DNA of 64,000 nucleotides from Oikopleura dioica. Lineage: Eukaryota > Animalia > Chordata. The notes under the pieces were generated by a model that had not been told where the DNA came from, made no database searches, and was given only the letters and a program-made list of their open reading frames with translations. The stretch is taken from assembly GCA_907165135.1 (NCBI GenBank), contig OU015568.1, positions 11,842,001 through 11,906,000 of the forward strand, in the 5' to 3' direction. Positions 12,431 to 24,400 of this stretch are shown one piece after another. Positions within the stretch are counted from its first letter, which is position 1, and each line of letters starts with the position of its first letter. Both the position numbers and the translations under genes were made by a program.

Positions 12431-15400
12431 CTAAAGATTCATTTTAAGAATGAGAATCATCCGTGACCCCAGAAGACCTTAAACGACCCAGGTACACATT
12501 GTGTCATTTGAAGGAGACATGTGTTAGAACATTCTATTCTGGGGCGAGGTGCAGATCTTATCTTATGCAAAAACACATTGCTCTTATGACACCTAGTAGT
12601 TATCATTGATTTCAAGTACAAAGGTTGTCGCTTCCAACGTGATCTCATTTGAATAACGATCAGTTTACTGACAATACGAGAGACCGATGACCAGGTTCGT
12701 GGGTGCCATGTTGGAAAACTTGTTTCGTGTGACTAGGTTCGTGGAATTTGGATTTTTAAATGTATTTTTATATCTTCATCATTTTCGGTTATTAAAGGAA
12801 ATGGGTTGATGACTAGGTTCGTGGGACTAGGTTCGTGAGTTTGGGACTCATTTGGAATATAAAATCCTACATTTTGCTTGTTCAAAAACCGACGAACCTA
12901 GTCCCACAAACCCTTTCCTTGTTAAATATTTACCATTTAAAAACTCACGAACCTAGTCCCACGAGCCTAGTCATCAACCCATTTCCTTTAATGACAAATA
13001 TCTTTACCATTTTAAAAGTCACGAACCTAGTCACACGAACCAAGTCATCAACCCATTTCCCTTACTGCCCTAAAATATAGCCCGATTTCAATACTCTGGC
13101 AGAACCCAACACAAACCTAGTCATCACGAACCTAGTCGTCATTCCCCAATACGAAGCGTCCACGTTGTTTCCATTTCAATCTCTTACCTAACGAGACGAA
13201 CCACTGCTCCATTTTAGCCTTGTCGCCAGTGTCCAACAGCAATTCTGTGTTCTTGCAGGTGACCTTGAGGACAAACTCGCGCTTGTGGTGCTGCTCCCGC
13301 ATCACTTTCACTTGAGCTACGAAATTTTGTTAATCAATTGTTTGCTTATTAGTAAATTATAAAACAAGCGTGAATAATTACCTTTCGGGAACGCAGGATC
13401 AGGGTTTTTATTCGAGTCCGCCGATTTTTTATCTTTGTAGAAGGCCACTTTGTCATCGTGTATCGAAATCCAGGTGTCCTTCCACGTTCTAAAAAGATGT
13501 TTTATAACTTTAATCTCTACCGCCTGTCGAACAGACAGATTTTCGCTGTCTTTGCGATTGATGGAGCTTTACGGTTACGGTTACCTGTCTTTGGCGGATT
13601 TGCCATTGATGACAACGAATTTTCTCGAAAGAGCGCCTGTCTTCAGTTTTGTTGGAGTAGAGAGAGTCGCTGATTGAGGTTCTTTTGTTGATTCAGATAT
13701 CGAGGACTCGTGCTTCGAGGAAATCGACTGGTTTAGTTCTTCGGAGTTTTGGCTCATTCCATTCTGAAAAAAACTGCTCAAGCAGAAGAACGGAAAAATC
13801 ATCAATTTACCGTTTTTACGCTGTCAGGTAGATCGTGTCCGTTTTGAACGTTCGAAACTTCAGACGGAACAGATTGGCTCGGAACAATTTCACGCTCGTG
13901 CTCAACTTCTTCCTGCCTTGATTGCTGCTCTTGTGCGGCTTGCTCTTCCTGCTTAGCTTTCTCCGCGAGTTTTTCGGCCTCTTCTCGTTCCTTCTTACGC
14001 AGCGCCTCTTCCTCTGCTTTTCGAACGGCATCAGCGTTTCCCTCCTCGAACATGGTCGGCTTTTTCAACAGGTCGATCTTTGACTCCCAAGTCTTCGCCT
14101 GGCCCACTTTTCGGTCGGTCTCTTCCAAAAGCCTAAACAAAGATTTCGTGAGATTCTGATTTATTGAGATTTATTTTGATTTCGCAACTTTGGCGCAAGG
14201 AAGTGGGGAAATGAAAATACCAAGTGGAATGAGAAAATGATAGGGTCGATGGCTACCGCTCAAGAAATTGGCTTATCAAATCGTGTTACTCCTCATCACA
14301 TGAATTTCTTCGCGCTCACCAAAATTGACCTTTTTGGTCAACGAGATTATGAGGTGGAGGGCGGCCCAAACCTTGCTGACGTCAACCCTTTATTCAATAT
14401 TCCAAATAAAGGGCCGCAAATTCAATAAATCTATTCTCCACCCAGGTGCTAGAATTCTAGCCTTACTTTTGACAAATTTCAATTGAGACATCTGGCGACG
14501 ATTCCGCTACTTTTTGACTCTTCAACCAGCTCTCCAGCGTGTCTGCATCGCGCAAGAATCCGAGCATATCGCAAGCTAAAAAATAGACGTGTTAAAAATC
14601 GAAGATGCAAGCGGAAAAAACGATTTTTGCGGGAATTATGACGCTGACTGGAGCACCTTTAATAATTATTTACGTGTAAGAATTCGAAAAACACGACAGA
14701 AATGGGGAGGCTGCAAGTGTCGATTTTGAAATTTCTCTCCGTTTTTCGAATTTCGTTGACCTCAAATCATTAAGTGTTATTTTACATAAAAACTTCATCG
14801 AAAACATCTTGGAGACATCATAGATAGCCTCCCCTTTGCGATTACATCTTACACGTTGTTTACAGCTATTACTGCCTGTCTGATCAGTTAAAAGCCTGTC
14901 ATTATTTACTGAGTGCCAAAGCAAGTAAAACACGATAATTACCAATATTGAGTCGCGTCTCTTGGTCGTCTAAAAATGCTTCAAGTCCATCTTTATCGCG
15001 TAGAAGTTTCGCCAGAGCTTCTTTCGACTCATCGTCATCAAGAGTTGAGGCAAGCCGTTTTACATCGTCGAAATCTTTCGATCTACGAAAGAAAGTAAGA
15101 AAAAATATTAATAATAAATTTTGGCGCAAAACTTTCATTGCAACCACATTCTTCTACGCAAATCGCAGAAAATCTGTATCTGTTCAAGTTCGTTTGCTAA
15201 ACCTGACTCCCCAAATTTGCAGCCACGCTTCCAGCTGAGGAGGATTTGCAAAAACGTACCGTTTGGATTCGAACCCAATATTTATATAAAACGAGCTTCT
15301 GTTGAGGATACAACAATGGCCTATTACTAGCGCGCGATAAACGCCTAAACGGTAGCTTAGCTGTAGGATTTTGTCTTGACAAAAAAGTTCACTCTAAAAA

Positions 15401-18400
15401 CGCTTTTCTGATAAATTTTAATTAGCGCCTTGATAAAGTAGAAAGCGTTCTCTTCGGCCTTATTTCACAATCTCACCCCTGACGTAACTTTGCTTACCTC
15501 GCATTCAGTTGATTTCTGCAGTTTTCGGCTTTACCAAGTGCCTTTTCAGCCGCAGCAGTGTCCCTAAACAATATTTGTAATAAGGGCTAATTTAGTTGAT
15601 GGAGCCGTGGCTTTGTTTGATGCAAAATAGTCTCATAGATGCCGTACAGTCGGTGACTCTCTGGTCGTTTTATGGCAAAGAAGAATTAGCTTGTTCAGAC
15701 TGATTTATTGATTATGATATCATTGATATGGCACATATTTGCTAAGTTTATTGTAGGAAAATGCTTTCTCGATTAAATATGCCTATAGAAACACCAGAAG
15801 AGTAGATTTTCAGGAAAAATTTTGTATTTTTCTTGATAATTGGAAGTGATAAATCTTCTACTAATGTTCCACTATTTGCCTTGTAGCACTCTGTAAATAC
15901 CCTTTCACTGCTCCTGATGGCAAATGCTCGCTTATCACCCAACTAGCCTAACATTTGACCGAGAATGGTGGCTGTTACGAAATCGGTTTTGCGGGGTTCA
16001 AGGCTGCGTCCCTCGCGGGCGTATTCACCCGCTAGCTGCTCCGTTTTTTGCTCGTCCTTTTTTTCTCGCGCGCTCATGTGGCGCCCGCGCGCATCGCCCG
16101 AATCGCGATGATGGCGTCAGAGGGCCGCGCTGCTTTTTCCCTCCCGAAACGCTGAAACCAACATGAAATCGAATTTTTGAATCTTTAACAATTTTTTATC
16201 GAATAAATGATGACCTGACAATAATTTTGAAGCGATATTGTTTTTGTATTTTTCCAGCCCCATTCATAGAGAGATTCAGACCAGCGAATTTTGCGAAGAG
16301 CGAATTTAGAGACAACGAAAACCGTAGATCAGCGAAAAAACGCGCTAGAAACTCAAGATGCGTTGGTTTGGAACGCTAGGACTTAGTCCTATGGTCTCCT
16401 CTCTAGTTTCTCATGATTTGAATTTGAACAGAAAAGGGCTCACAATTTTTGCTTTGAGTAGTTTGTGACTAGAAATTGATTACTGCTGCCATTTTTTTAT
16501 CTCTGCAAGTGATATACTAAAAAGCATCCCTTTTCGACTTGATTTGCTTATCAAAAAGACTAAAAAACTCGAACTGAATATTTAAGATAAAAGAAAATTT
16601 TGAATAAAAACTGTAAAAAATATTAACTCAGTAGTTGCGACAGTACGCTTGTTTGATTGTAGTGTATACTTAATTTTATTAATCATGTTTTTAATCTGAT
16701 GTAAAACATTGTTAAGCTAGGGAGTACATTTTTAGCTAATCGACTGTTTTCAAAATCTAGTTTATAAGAATCAAAGGAGGGTGTATAACATGTTCAGGCT
16801 TTTTCGGTTTGCTTTCGATACGGTGATTATTCCGAATTACCAGATTTTGTCCGGTCATTATGGTACCCTGGCCATGACCGATTTGCCACCTAAGCGGGGG
16901 GAGGGTTAGAAGTTAGATGCCTTTTTCGGGACAAACCGGCGGATTATCAAATTCATTAATTCTGGTATACACCCTTTCCAGACAAGGATATAAAATCTAA
17001 TTTTTGTCTATCACACCTTTTTTCTAAAGTGACATTTTTCAGCAAAATAGTCTATTGTTGAAATTTTCATTATATCCCAAATCAGGTAAAATATCGTATC
17101 CACATGTCCAAGTGTTTCCACCGGGGATTGATGACACTACAGATGACGCCCATTATAAGATCATATGCAAGAAAAGCAATTATATAAAATTTAGCAATTT
17201 TTTCATACATACAGTCCTATAATGTGTCTTTTCTGTAGATTTTCGAGTCATTCATCCATCGTCAATAGATTTTCACAAAATTCTAGCACTTTTCTGAACC
17301 CCTGGTTGCCTCGATTCTGGGCCCATTTCCTTCCAACAACGATTTCCCGGCTTTAACTTCACCCATCTTCTGGAGGATCAAGAGTTTCAGGACTTTGCCC
17401 GGCTGATCGTTCCGCCTATTCGGCTAAAAAGTGGCTCAAACTCGTCGGTCAAAAGCAATCCAAGCTCTGGTGACCGAATCACCAATACCAGGAAGTTTTT
17501 GACCGTTAATCAGATGGTCATGTACCTCCAGGAAACGCCTCAGTTTGGCAAGCACGCTTATTATGGCTGCTGGTGTTTTCCTGAAGGTCCTGACGAGCCA
17601 TTGAATGGGTATGGCGAGCCAGTCGATGATATTGATAAGACCTGCAAGAGATTGAGCCAGTGCTATAAATGCGCGTCGATGAAGTATGGAAAGGATAAAT
17701 GCCCATCAAATACGCACTACGAGTTCACCGGAATCTACGACAGTACAACAGGAAAAAAGACGATCGAATGCTGTAAGTTTCATTTTTCGCCGAATTTATC
17801 TTTCTTTTCGCTAAAATTATTTTTTTGAGAATACTTTTTTTACCGACTAATAATGCTGAAATTTGAAGTGGATCCAGAGGAAAGTTGCGCGAAATCCCTT
17901 TGCGAATGTGACCGAAATCTCGCCACTAATTTGGCCGAGCTGCAATACGAATGGGAGGAGAGTCTACACGCAAAATGGGGACACTTCCAGCGAGAAAACA
18001 TTTGCAGGTACAACCTACAATCTCGAATGCATGCAAACGAACTTTCAGAATAAAATCGTCGAAGCAAGGCTACAACTCACCTTTCAACTCGGTGGATTTT
18101 GGCCGCTCGAGCGATAGAGCTCAAGGAACTGGGGCCACGCCCGACGCGTGTTGTGGAGTGGAAGGACAACTGTAAATACATCCTCTTTTGCTTTTTTTCC
18201 AAGACTGGAAAACGTTCCGATTTTGACCCTAAACTTTCAGATTCCCTTACTTCAGCGATTCTGGAAACCGAAGTTGCTGTGGCAGTAGAACTTACAATAC
18301 TGAGCTCATGAAGTGCTGCTCTGGCAGTAGGCTCATTTCAATCAACATGGTTTGCTGAAGTACTATCAGAACGTATGTACTACCAGAAGACTCCAATGAA

Positions 18401-21400
18401 AAATTGTCCAGAACCATCACTTCTCAAAAGAAAAACGAACAACTTATCAAGGTGGCCTGTAAATATTTTGTACACAGTGATTCATCAACAAAACATGATT
18501 TCTACCCGTCCCAGGGCGGGTAGTTGCAGAAGATTTTTGTACCCCTGTCACGATTGTAAATAAACCACGTGCTGCAGTAGTACCCTTTCAAACTGAAACT
18601 TTTGTGTTTTTTTGTCTTTCCAAAAATGCATAGTTTTAATTAATAGAATAAAAGTATTATCATTTTTGACCCTTGAACCTGCTGATAAGGCTCCGTTGCA
18701 ACCTGTCAAAGCCTCAAACAAAGCCAAAATATTCATGTCTTTCCGATTGCGCGGAATTTCCGCCCCGAGATTATTAGCAAACAATCCCGTTGACTTCCTT
18801 CAACTCAGGAATTTCTACCTTGGGATATCAGCTTCGGTCAGGCTCTTCGCTATTTCGCGCAGCATTGCGGAAAGTTCACCGACCAAGGCGTCGAATTTTT
18901 CCTTGTTCTCATTCGTCTCCTTCTCCGCTTGTTTCGTTTTCGCTGCTTTTACAGTTTCGTCGTAGTCGGATTTTACATCGGAGAGTTTTTTCGTCAAGGC
19001 TTCTCGCTGGGCGCCAGCGTAGATCGGCTCCAGCGACTGGCATTCTTCTTCCAGCTTGTTGATCTAAAATTAAACTGTTTGAAGAGGCTCAATGAAAGGA
19101 TTTAAAAGGTGGGGCAAACAGCAAAACATAGGCTTTCGATGAGAAGATAATCACAATTATACGGAGGTCAGCCCCGTCGCCTCGATTAGAACGCTGTTTA
19201 TTTTAATTTGCAACAAGTAACTCATCTTTTTTGACATTAAAAGATTCTTTTTGAAGTTAAACTGCAACCTTTAACACCCTTTAATTATTGTATTATATAT
19301 TAGAATAAAAAAAGGAAACGAAAATTTGAAATTTTGAAATTTTGGACGACTCGAAATATAAAATCTGGAATTTCGAATGGTCAAAGAATCACAAGTAATT
19401 TCGAATGAACCTCGAGAGGATCATCTCCCGCACGTTTTTGTTCGAGCCTGATAACGTACAAACACGTTCTTCCTTCCGTTTCGAAATTTTGAAATTTCTC
19501 CCTTGTACATCTTTCAAACAAAGACACCGAGTACGAATTTATTATGATATTTTTAAGCTGATTAGGCCGTTACAACATCGTTTCAGGATTAACGCTTTAG
19601 GGCCAAAAAGGTATTTTATGGTTTCGAAAGTCTCTTTTTTTAATAATTATGAAAGAGAACACCTAGTTTAAAAGTGCCCAGCCAAGTGTCCATTTCCCCT
19701 GCTGAATTCGTTCCTATCTTCCCCCACTCATTTCTGCCCAATATGCAAAAAAGAAGAAGCACGTTTCCTCTTCTCGCAATTTTAAAAGTATTTTAGAGCC
19801 CAGCATTATCTGTCTATTCTCGATAATAATGGGCGGCACTAAAAGAAAGGTTGCATGACATGGTTCTTTTTTTGGAGTTGATGAGAAGAGAAAATGACTG
19901 AAAAAAGGTGCGCGGTTGGTTCTTGGGGCTTGATAACAATGTTGGTTTTTTGTGGGTGTTGAGTTTTTTTCGACCGCCGTTACGTGTGGATCCCTGGAAG
20001 CCACATTTTCAGTGACTCATGAGTCAGGGTTTAAAAAAGCGGCTTCACAAAATAAATTCTTCAATCTATTTATTTACTCAAGCGGAGCCGCTCCGCGGCT
20101 TCATTTTTCACAAAGCCGCTTCGCGGCTTTTCATTAAAGGCCTCTCATACCCTGACTCAGGTTTTCTACACAGGTTGCAGAGCCCAGCTTCCTGTATTCA
20201 GTTTAGAATTAGTTTAGGGTGGATCATTCTTTTCGATATATTATGAAAAGATTCTATATTTAACCCACCTGGGGAAGTTGCGCGAAAATTGGCCTTATAC
20301 ACACATCAGGTTTGCCAACAAATGAGAGGCAACGTGGCTAAAGCCGAAAAGGGCTGGCATCGGAAATTTGGGCATGTATGCAACGCAGGCAGGGCGGATA
20401 GGAATCAGGCAAGGGTTTTCGGAAATTTACAACTCAATTTTAGCTGTTGATTGAGATAAGCAATGCGCAGCGGATTTAGGATTTCGTAATGGCGCGCGTT
20501 TTCTAAACTGCGATTATAAACGTTGCCGATTCTCGAACTTCGCGGATTTATTATTTCAAATCCTATTCGGAGGGTATATCCTTAATTGAAATCCTTTCGT
20601 CCAATTATCTCAACTCTTCTAATTTGCCCTGACACCTAGCTAGCTCAACGAGACTCTTATTAGGCGTCATTGGGTCAATTTTTATCCGGCATTTGCATTT
20701 TTGGGTATTTAGAGGCCCAAGAATTGAACGGAAAATTTTAATCAGAAGCAGTCGGGCGGCGTTACCCGCTTAATTCGAATGACATCCTTCGATACCACTT
20801 ATCACCTAAGGAGAACAAATCGTATTGTCATTTTTACTTGAAGTAGCTAAGTCATCATTTGAATAATCGCATTCAACAATTACTTCATTCGAAAGCTCAT
20901 ATATAGTGACCGTCTTATTTATTATAAAATTTCATGAAAATTTTTCTGATAAAGAATTGACGTACCTTAGGTTCTAGCGATTGAATCTCATTGACAATTC
21001 CACCAATATCCTTTGCATTTTCGGCTGCTTCTCTCTTCTCCGCAAATCTACTTCCGAGTTCATCAGCATCAGCAAAGTATCGATGCCTCCTCAAGGTCGT
21101 CTCGAGCAATTGTCGTCTTGTCTCCATGAGTTCTACGAGATCGTCCCACATGTTGTTCACATTTTTCCTCCAGCTCTCAATCTTGAAGGCGTCTGAATGG
21201 GCAGCTTCAAAGAGGGTTTTACGCAATTTGAAATTTGTTGCACCAAAATGGCCCACGTCGCCAGAACAAAACTACAAGCGGCAGTAAATAATTGCATTCC
21301 CAATTTGTGCATTGATATAATTTACGAAATGCTCTCTGATTTAAATATAGCTCTTTCCCCCGTTCCTTCAATAAGGGTATCCACTTCAGCTTGAACTTCT

Positions 21401-24400
21401 CGCATTTTATCGCCGCCAACTCGTTTTGTTTCCGACGTAAAGCTCTCCCAGCGCTCGATAAGGATCAACGTACTTTCTAGCTTATCGCCCGTATCTTCGT
21501 TGCTGAAAAATGAGAGGTAAATCACCGGTTGTTCACGGTTTGAGGAAATCATGGAGGACAAAAGATACGATCTTGCCAGGACTCGAACCTGGAATCTTCT
21601 GCTCCGTAGGCAGACGCGTTATCCATTGCGCCACAAGACCGATGACCTATCTGCTCCTTAGTGCTTATACAAAATGGGCTTTTAGTATTAAGGAGGTAGA
21701 TATCAAGAAAAAAATTTCTATTTTTCCGCCTCAAACTTTTTCAACGTATAGTTTCGAGGTTGAGGAGAAAACTTGTAAGCAAAAATTTTTTGATTGGACC
21801 ACGTGGTTTTTCATAAAATCGCCTCTAAAATCTCGAAAATTTGCCCGTTTTATAATAGATCGACAAATTTTTAGTAATAAAATAAGTAATTACTTAGCTT
21901 TCATCCAAAAACATTAACAAAACCCCTGGGAACATTTATAGAATGATTTTAATTCGCCCGAATAAAAATTCAAAATTTTATATTTTCGTTGAAAGTCGTG
22001 AAAAACAGAAAATCGATTCTTTTCTTAAAAAAAATTTTGAAATTTTAAAATCTGGCCCTCATAGGATCTAGACAAGGGTCTTATCTAACTTCTCAGAAGA
22101 AAATAAATTCCGCCGTATATAAGGGTTTCGAGGAAAGTCTGCCAAGAAAATAGTCATTTTTAGCGATTTCTGAGTTTTCAACGCCATTTTTACCGATTTT
22201 TTTTCTGGAAATTTAGAAATCGGCCTTCCATAGGCACGAGATAAGGGCCTAAACTTTTTATTAAAACAAAAAAAATCATAGGTCACTATGTTAGGATTGG
22301 GAGAAAAGTCTGCCAGAAAACCCCGATTCTTGATATCTACCTCCTTAAGGGTCTCCCCTCCACTATTTTCAAAAACGATCAAAATAAGCGTAAAATCCTA
22401 TGATTTCTCATTAGAAACATTGTTAAACTTATTCCAAGCTCGATAAACTTAAGGGTATCACTTCAAAAAGTCTCACCTTGCGATGATCTCCTTCTCCTTG
22501 ATCCACCTCTCGACCGTGTCCAAATGCCTCCTCAGCTTCGTGAGTTTGACGAGCTCGTCGATCTTATGGTTTCTGTCGCCAACAAGTGCCTTCAACTTGG
22601 CAAATTGCTTTTCCAGCGCCGAAAGCTGTTCGGTCGCCTGCGCCTCTTCAAGTTCCTTCCCACGCTTGACGAGCTCAACGATCGTCGATTCAAAATCGTT
22701 GACAGTTTGAGCGAGTCCAATGTGACGACGCATGAGAGCTTCTGGATCCGAGTCCTCCTTAATAAAGTCTCGTTCAACAAATGAGATCAATAAAAAACGA
22801 GCTTTCCAATGCAGAAAGATTTTTTAGAAGACCGGATCTTTTTGGTTAGGTACTGGCGGATTAGTGTAAGTACTGGCACTTCTGTTGACGCAAAAACATG
22901 TTATGCCCGACTCTTGAAGTTTCCATAGAGACTAGACACTTTGTTACTTGTTCTTTTCAAATTTTGCTTTAGACATGCTTGGAACTTGATTATTTATAGA
23001 GTTCATAGGACTTAACCTCTTTAGACTTTTTGAGCTTTAAAAATAAACATAAGAGTTGAACTAGTTGAAACTTTTCTCTTTTGCTAAATAGTACCTTGAG
23101 GGGCTGCTCAACGATCAATTCGCGCTCAGTAAGCCACTGCTCTGCGTTTTCGATGTCGAAAAGGAGGCTTAATATGATTTATTATGTGATCATATAATAT
23201 GATTATATCTACCGTTGCAGGGCCATATTGGCATCGAGCTTTTTCGACCGTTCATCCGTAGCTGCCCTCAACGCGTTCCACTTTTCTTCAAGCTCCTTAG
23301 ACAAGTCAGAGAGAATATCCTTCCAAGGGTTAGAGAGCATCTTATGCGCAATTTCTGATATTATGTCGATCGTGATTTTGGCGCGCGATTCTTTTCCCGT
23401 AAATTAGGATTTTCCGGTTTTGAATTTGACTCTTGGCTAATTTTGGAGCGTAGAGATTCGCGAAAATCATAATTATCTTGTGTCCCCTTAATTGACGTGA
23501 AATTTTTCTAAACGACTTTTTCTCAAATTTGAGATTTCGAAATTTTTGATTGGAAATTGCCTAATTCAAAGGAAACTAGGAATTTCATTATACTTGAATT
23601 TAACCCGATTTCCTTTTGCTCAGCAGTTGTTTCTGCCTTTTCAGACAATTTGGAAGCTTCATCCAAAAGCGATTTTACCCGTCCATCGTGAGAATCAATT
23701 TCTAGCAGCAGATTCTTAAATCATTAATTTAAAAATTGAACGATTTCAAAATGAGGAATGTACCTGATTGCGTTTCACGATTTTCTGGACCTGGTGGAGG
23801 CTCTCGCCGAACTCGGCACTTTGCGCAACCTGATTAAAGAATAACAAGAGTAAATTTCCAAATGATAGCAAAATCACGCGAAAAAGCCAAGATGACCCTG
23901 AGCATGGGAAAAGAGCGAAATTAGGGGTAGATTTAATCGAAATTTTTCGGTATGAATTTTTTGCTTGAGGGAAACTGGGACTGTCAGGGAAAATCAAAAT
24001 GGAAAACGCCCAATGCGGCAAGTCGACAAAAAAGACATTTATCCACATGCAGAGCGTAAGTCACTTTGAACTCTGACAGCGCTTTCTTTTAAGGGTAGGG
24101 CGCCTGTCTAATATTCATTTTTTTTCTTCCTAAAAGAAAACTACCCAACGTACAGATGTTGTAATTATATAAGAAGAGGCCTTTCAAAAAATTACAGATA
24201 ACAATTGGGTTAGCGGTATTTTCTGAAATATCTGACTGTTATAGTTGTATGTCGGTCGGGTCAACCATTGTGGTCGCGATAGGGGAAACCGCTGAGTAGC
24301 TTACACGTTTCGTTCTAACTTCTAGCGCGCCTCTTTTTATTCTTTCCTGAGTTCTTTCGTCGCACCAGATGATTTCGTCTTGCAGATTTCTTCTGAGCTG

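Noticed and set aside
12680-13146. Regularly repeated 13-mer that looks superficially like a CRISPR array (likewise 62504-63115)
   Set aside because: The repeats are short, switch orientation, lack unique 25-45 nt spacers and sit between TSD/TIR boundaries; there are no cas genes and the context is eukaryotic.
13764-13818. Stop codon after ...KTVN suggesting a PH-less spectrin isoform
   Set aside because: It lies in an ordinary ~50-nt intron; nothing in the sequence indicates an alternative terminal exon.
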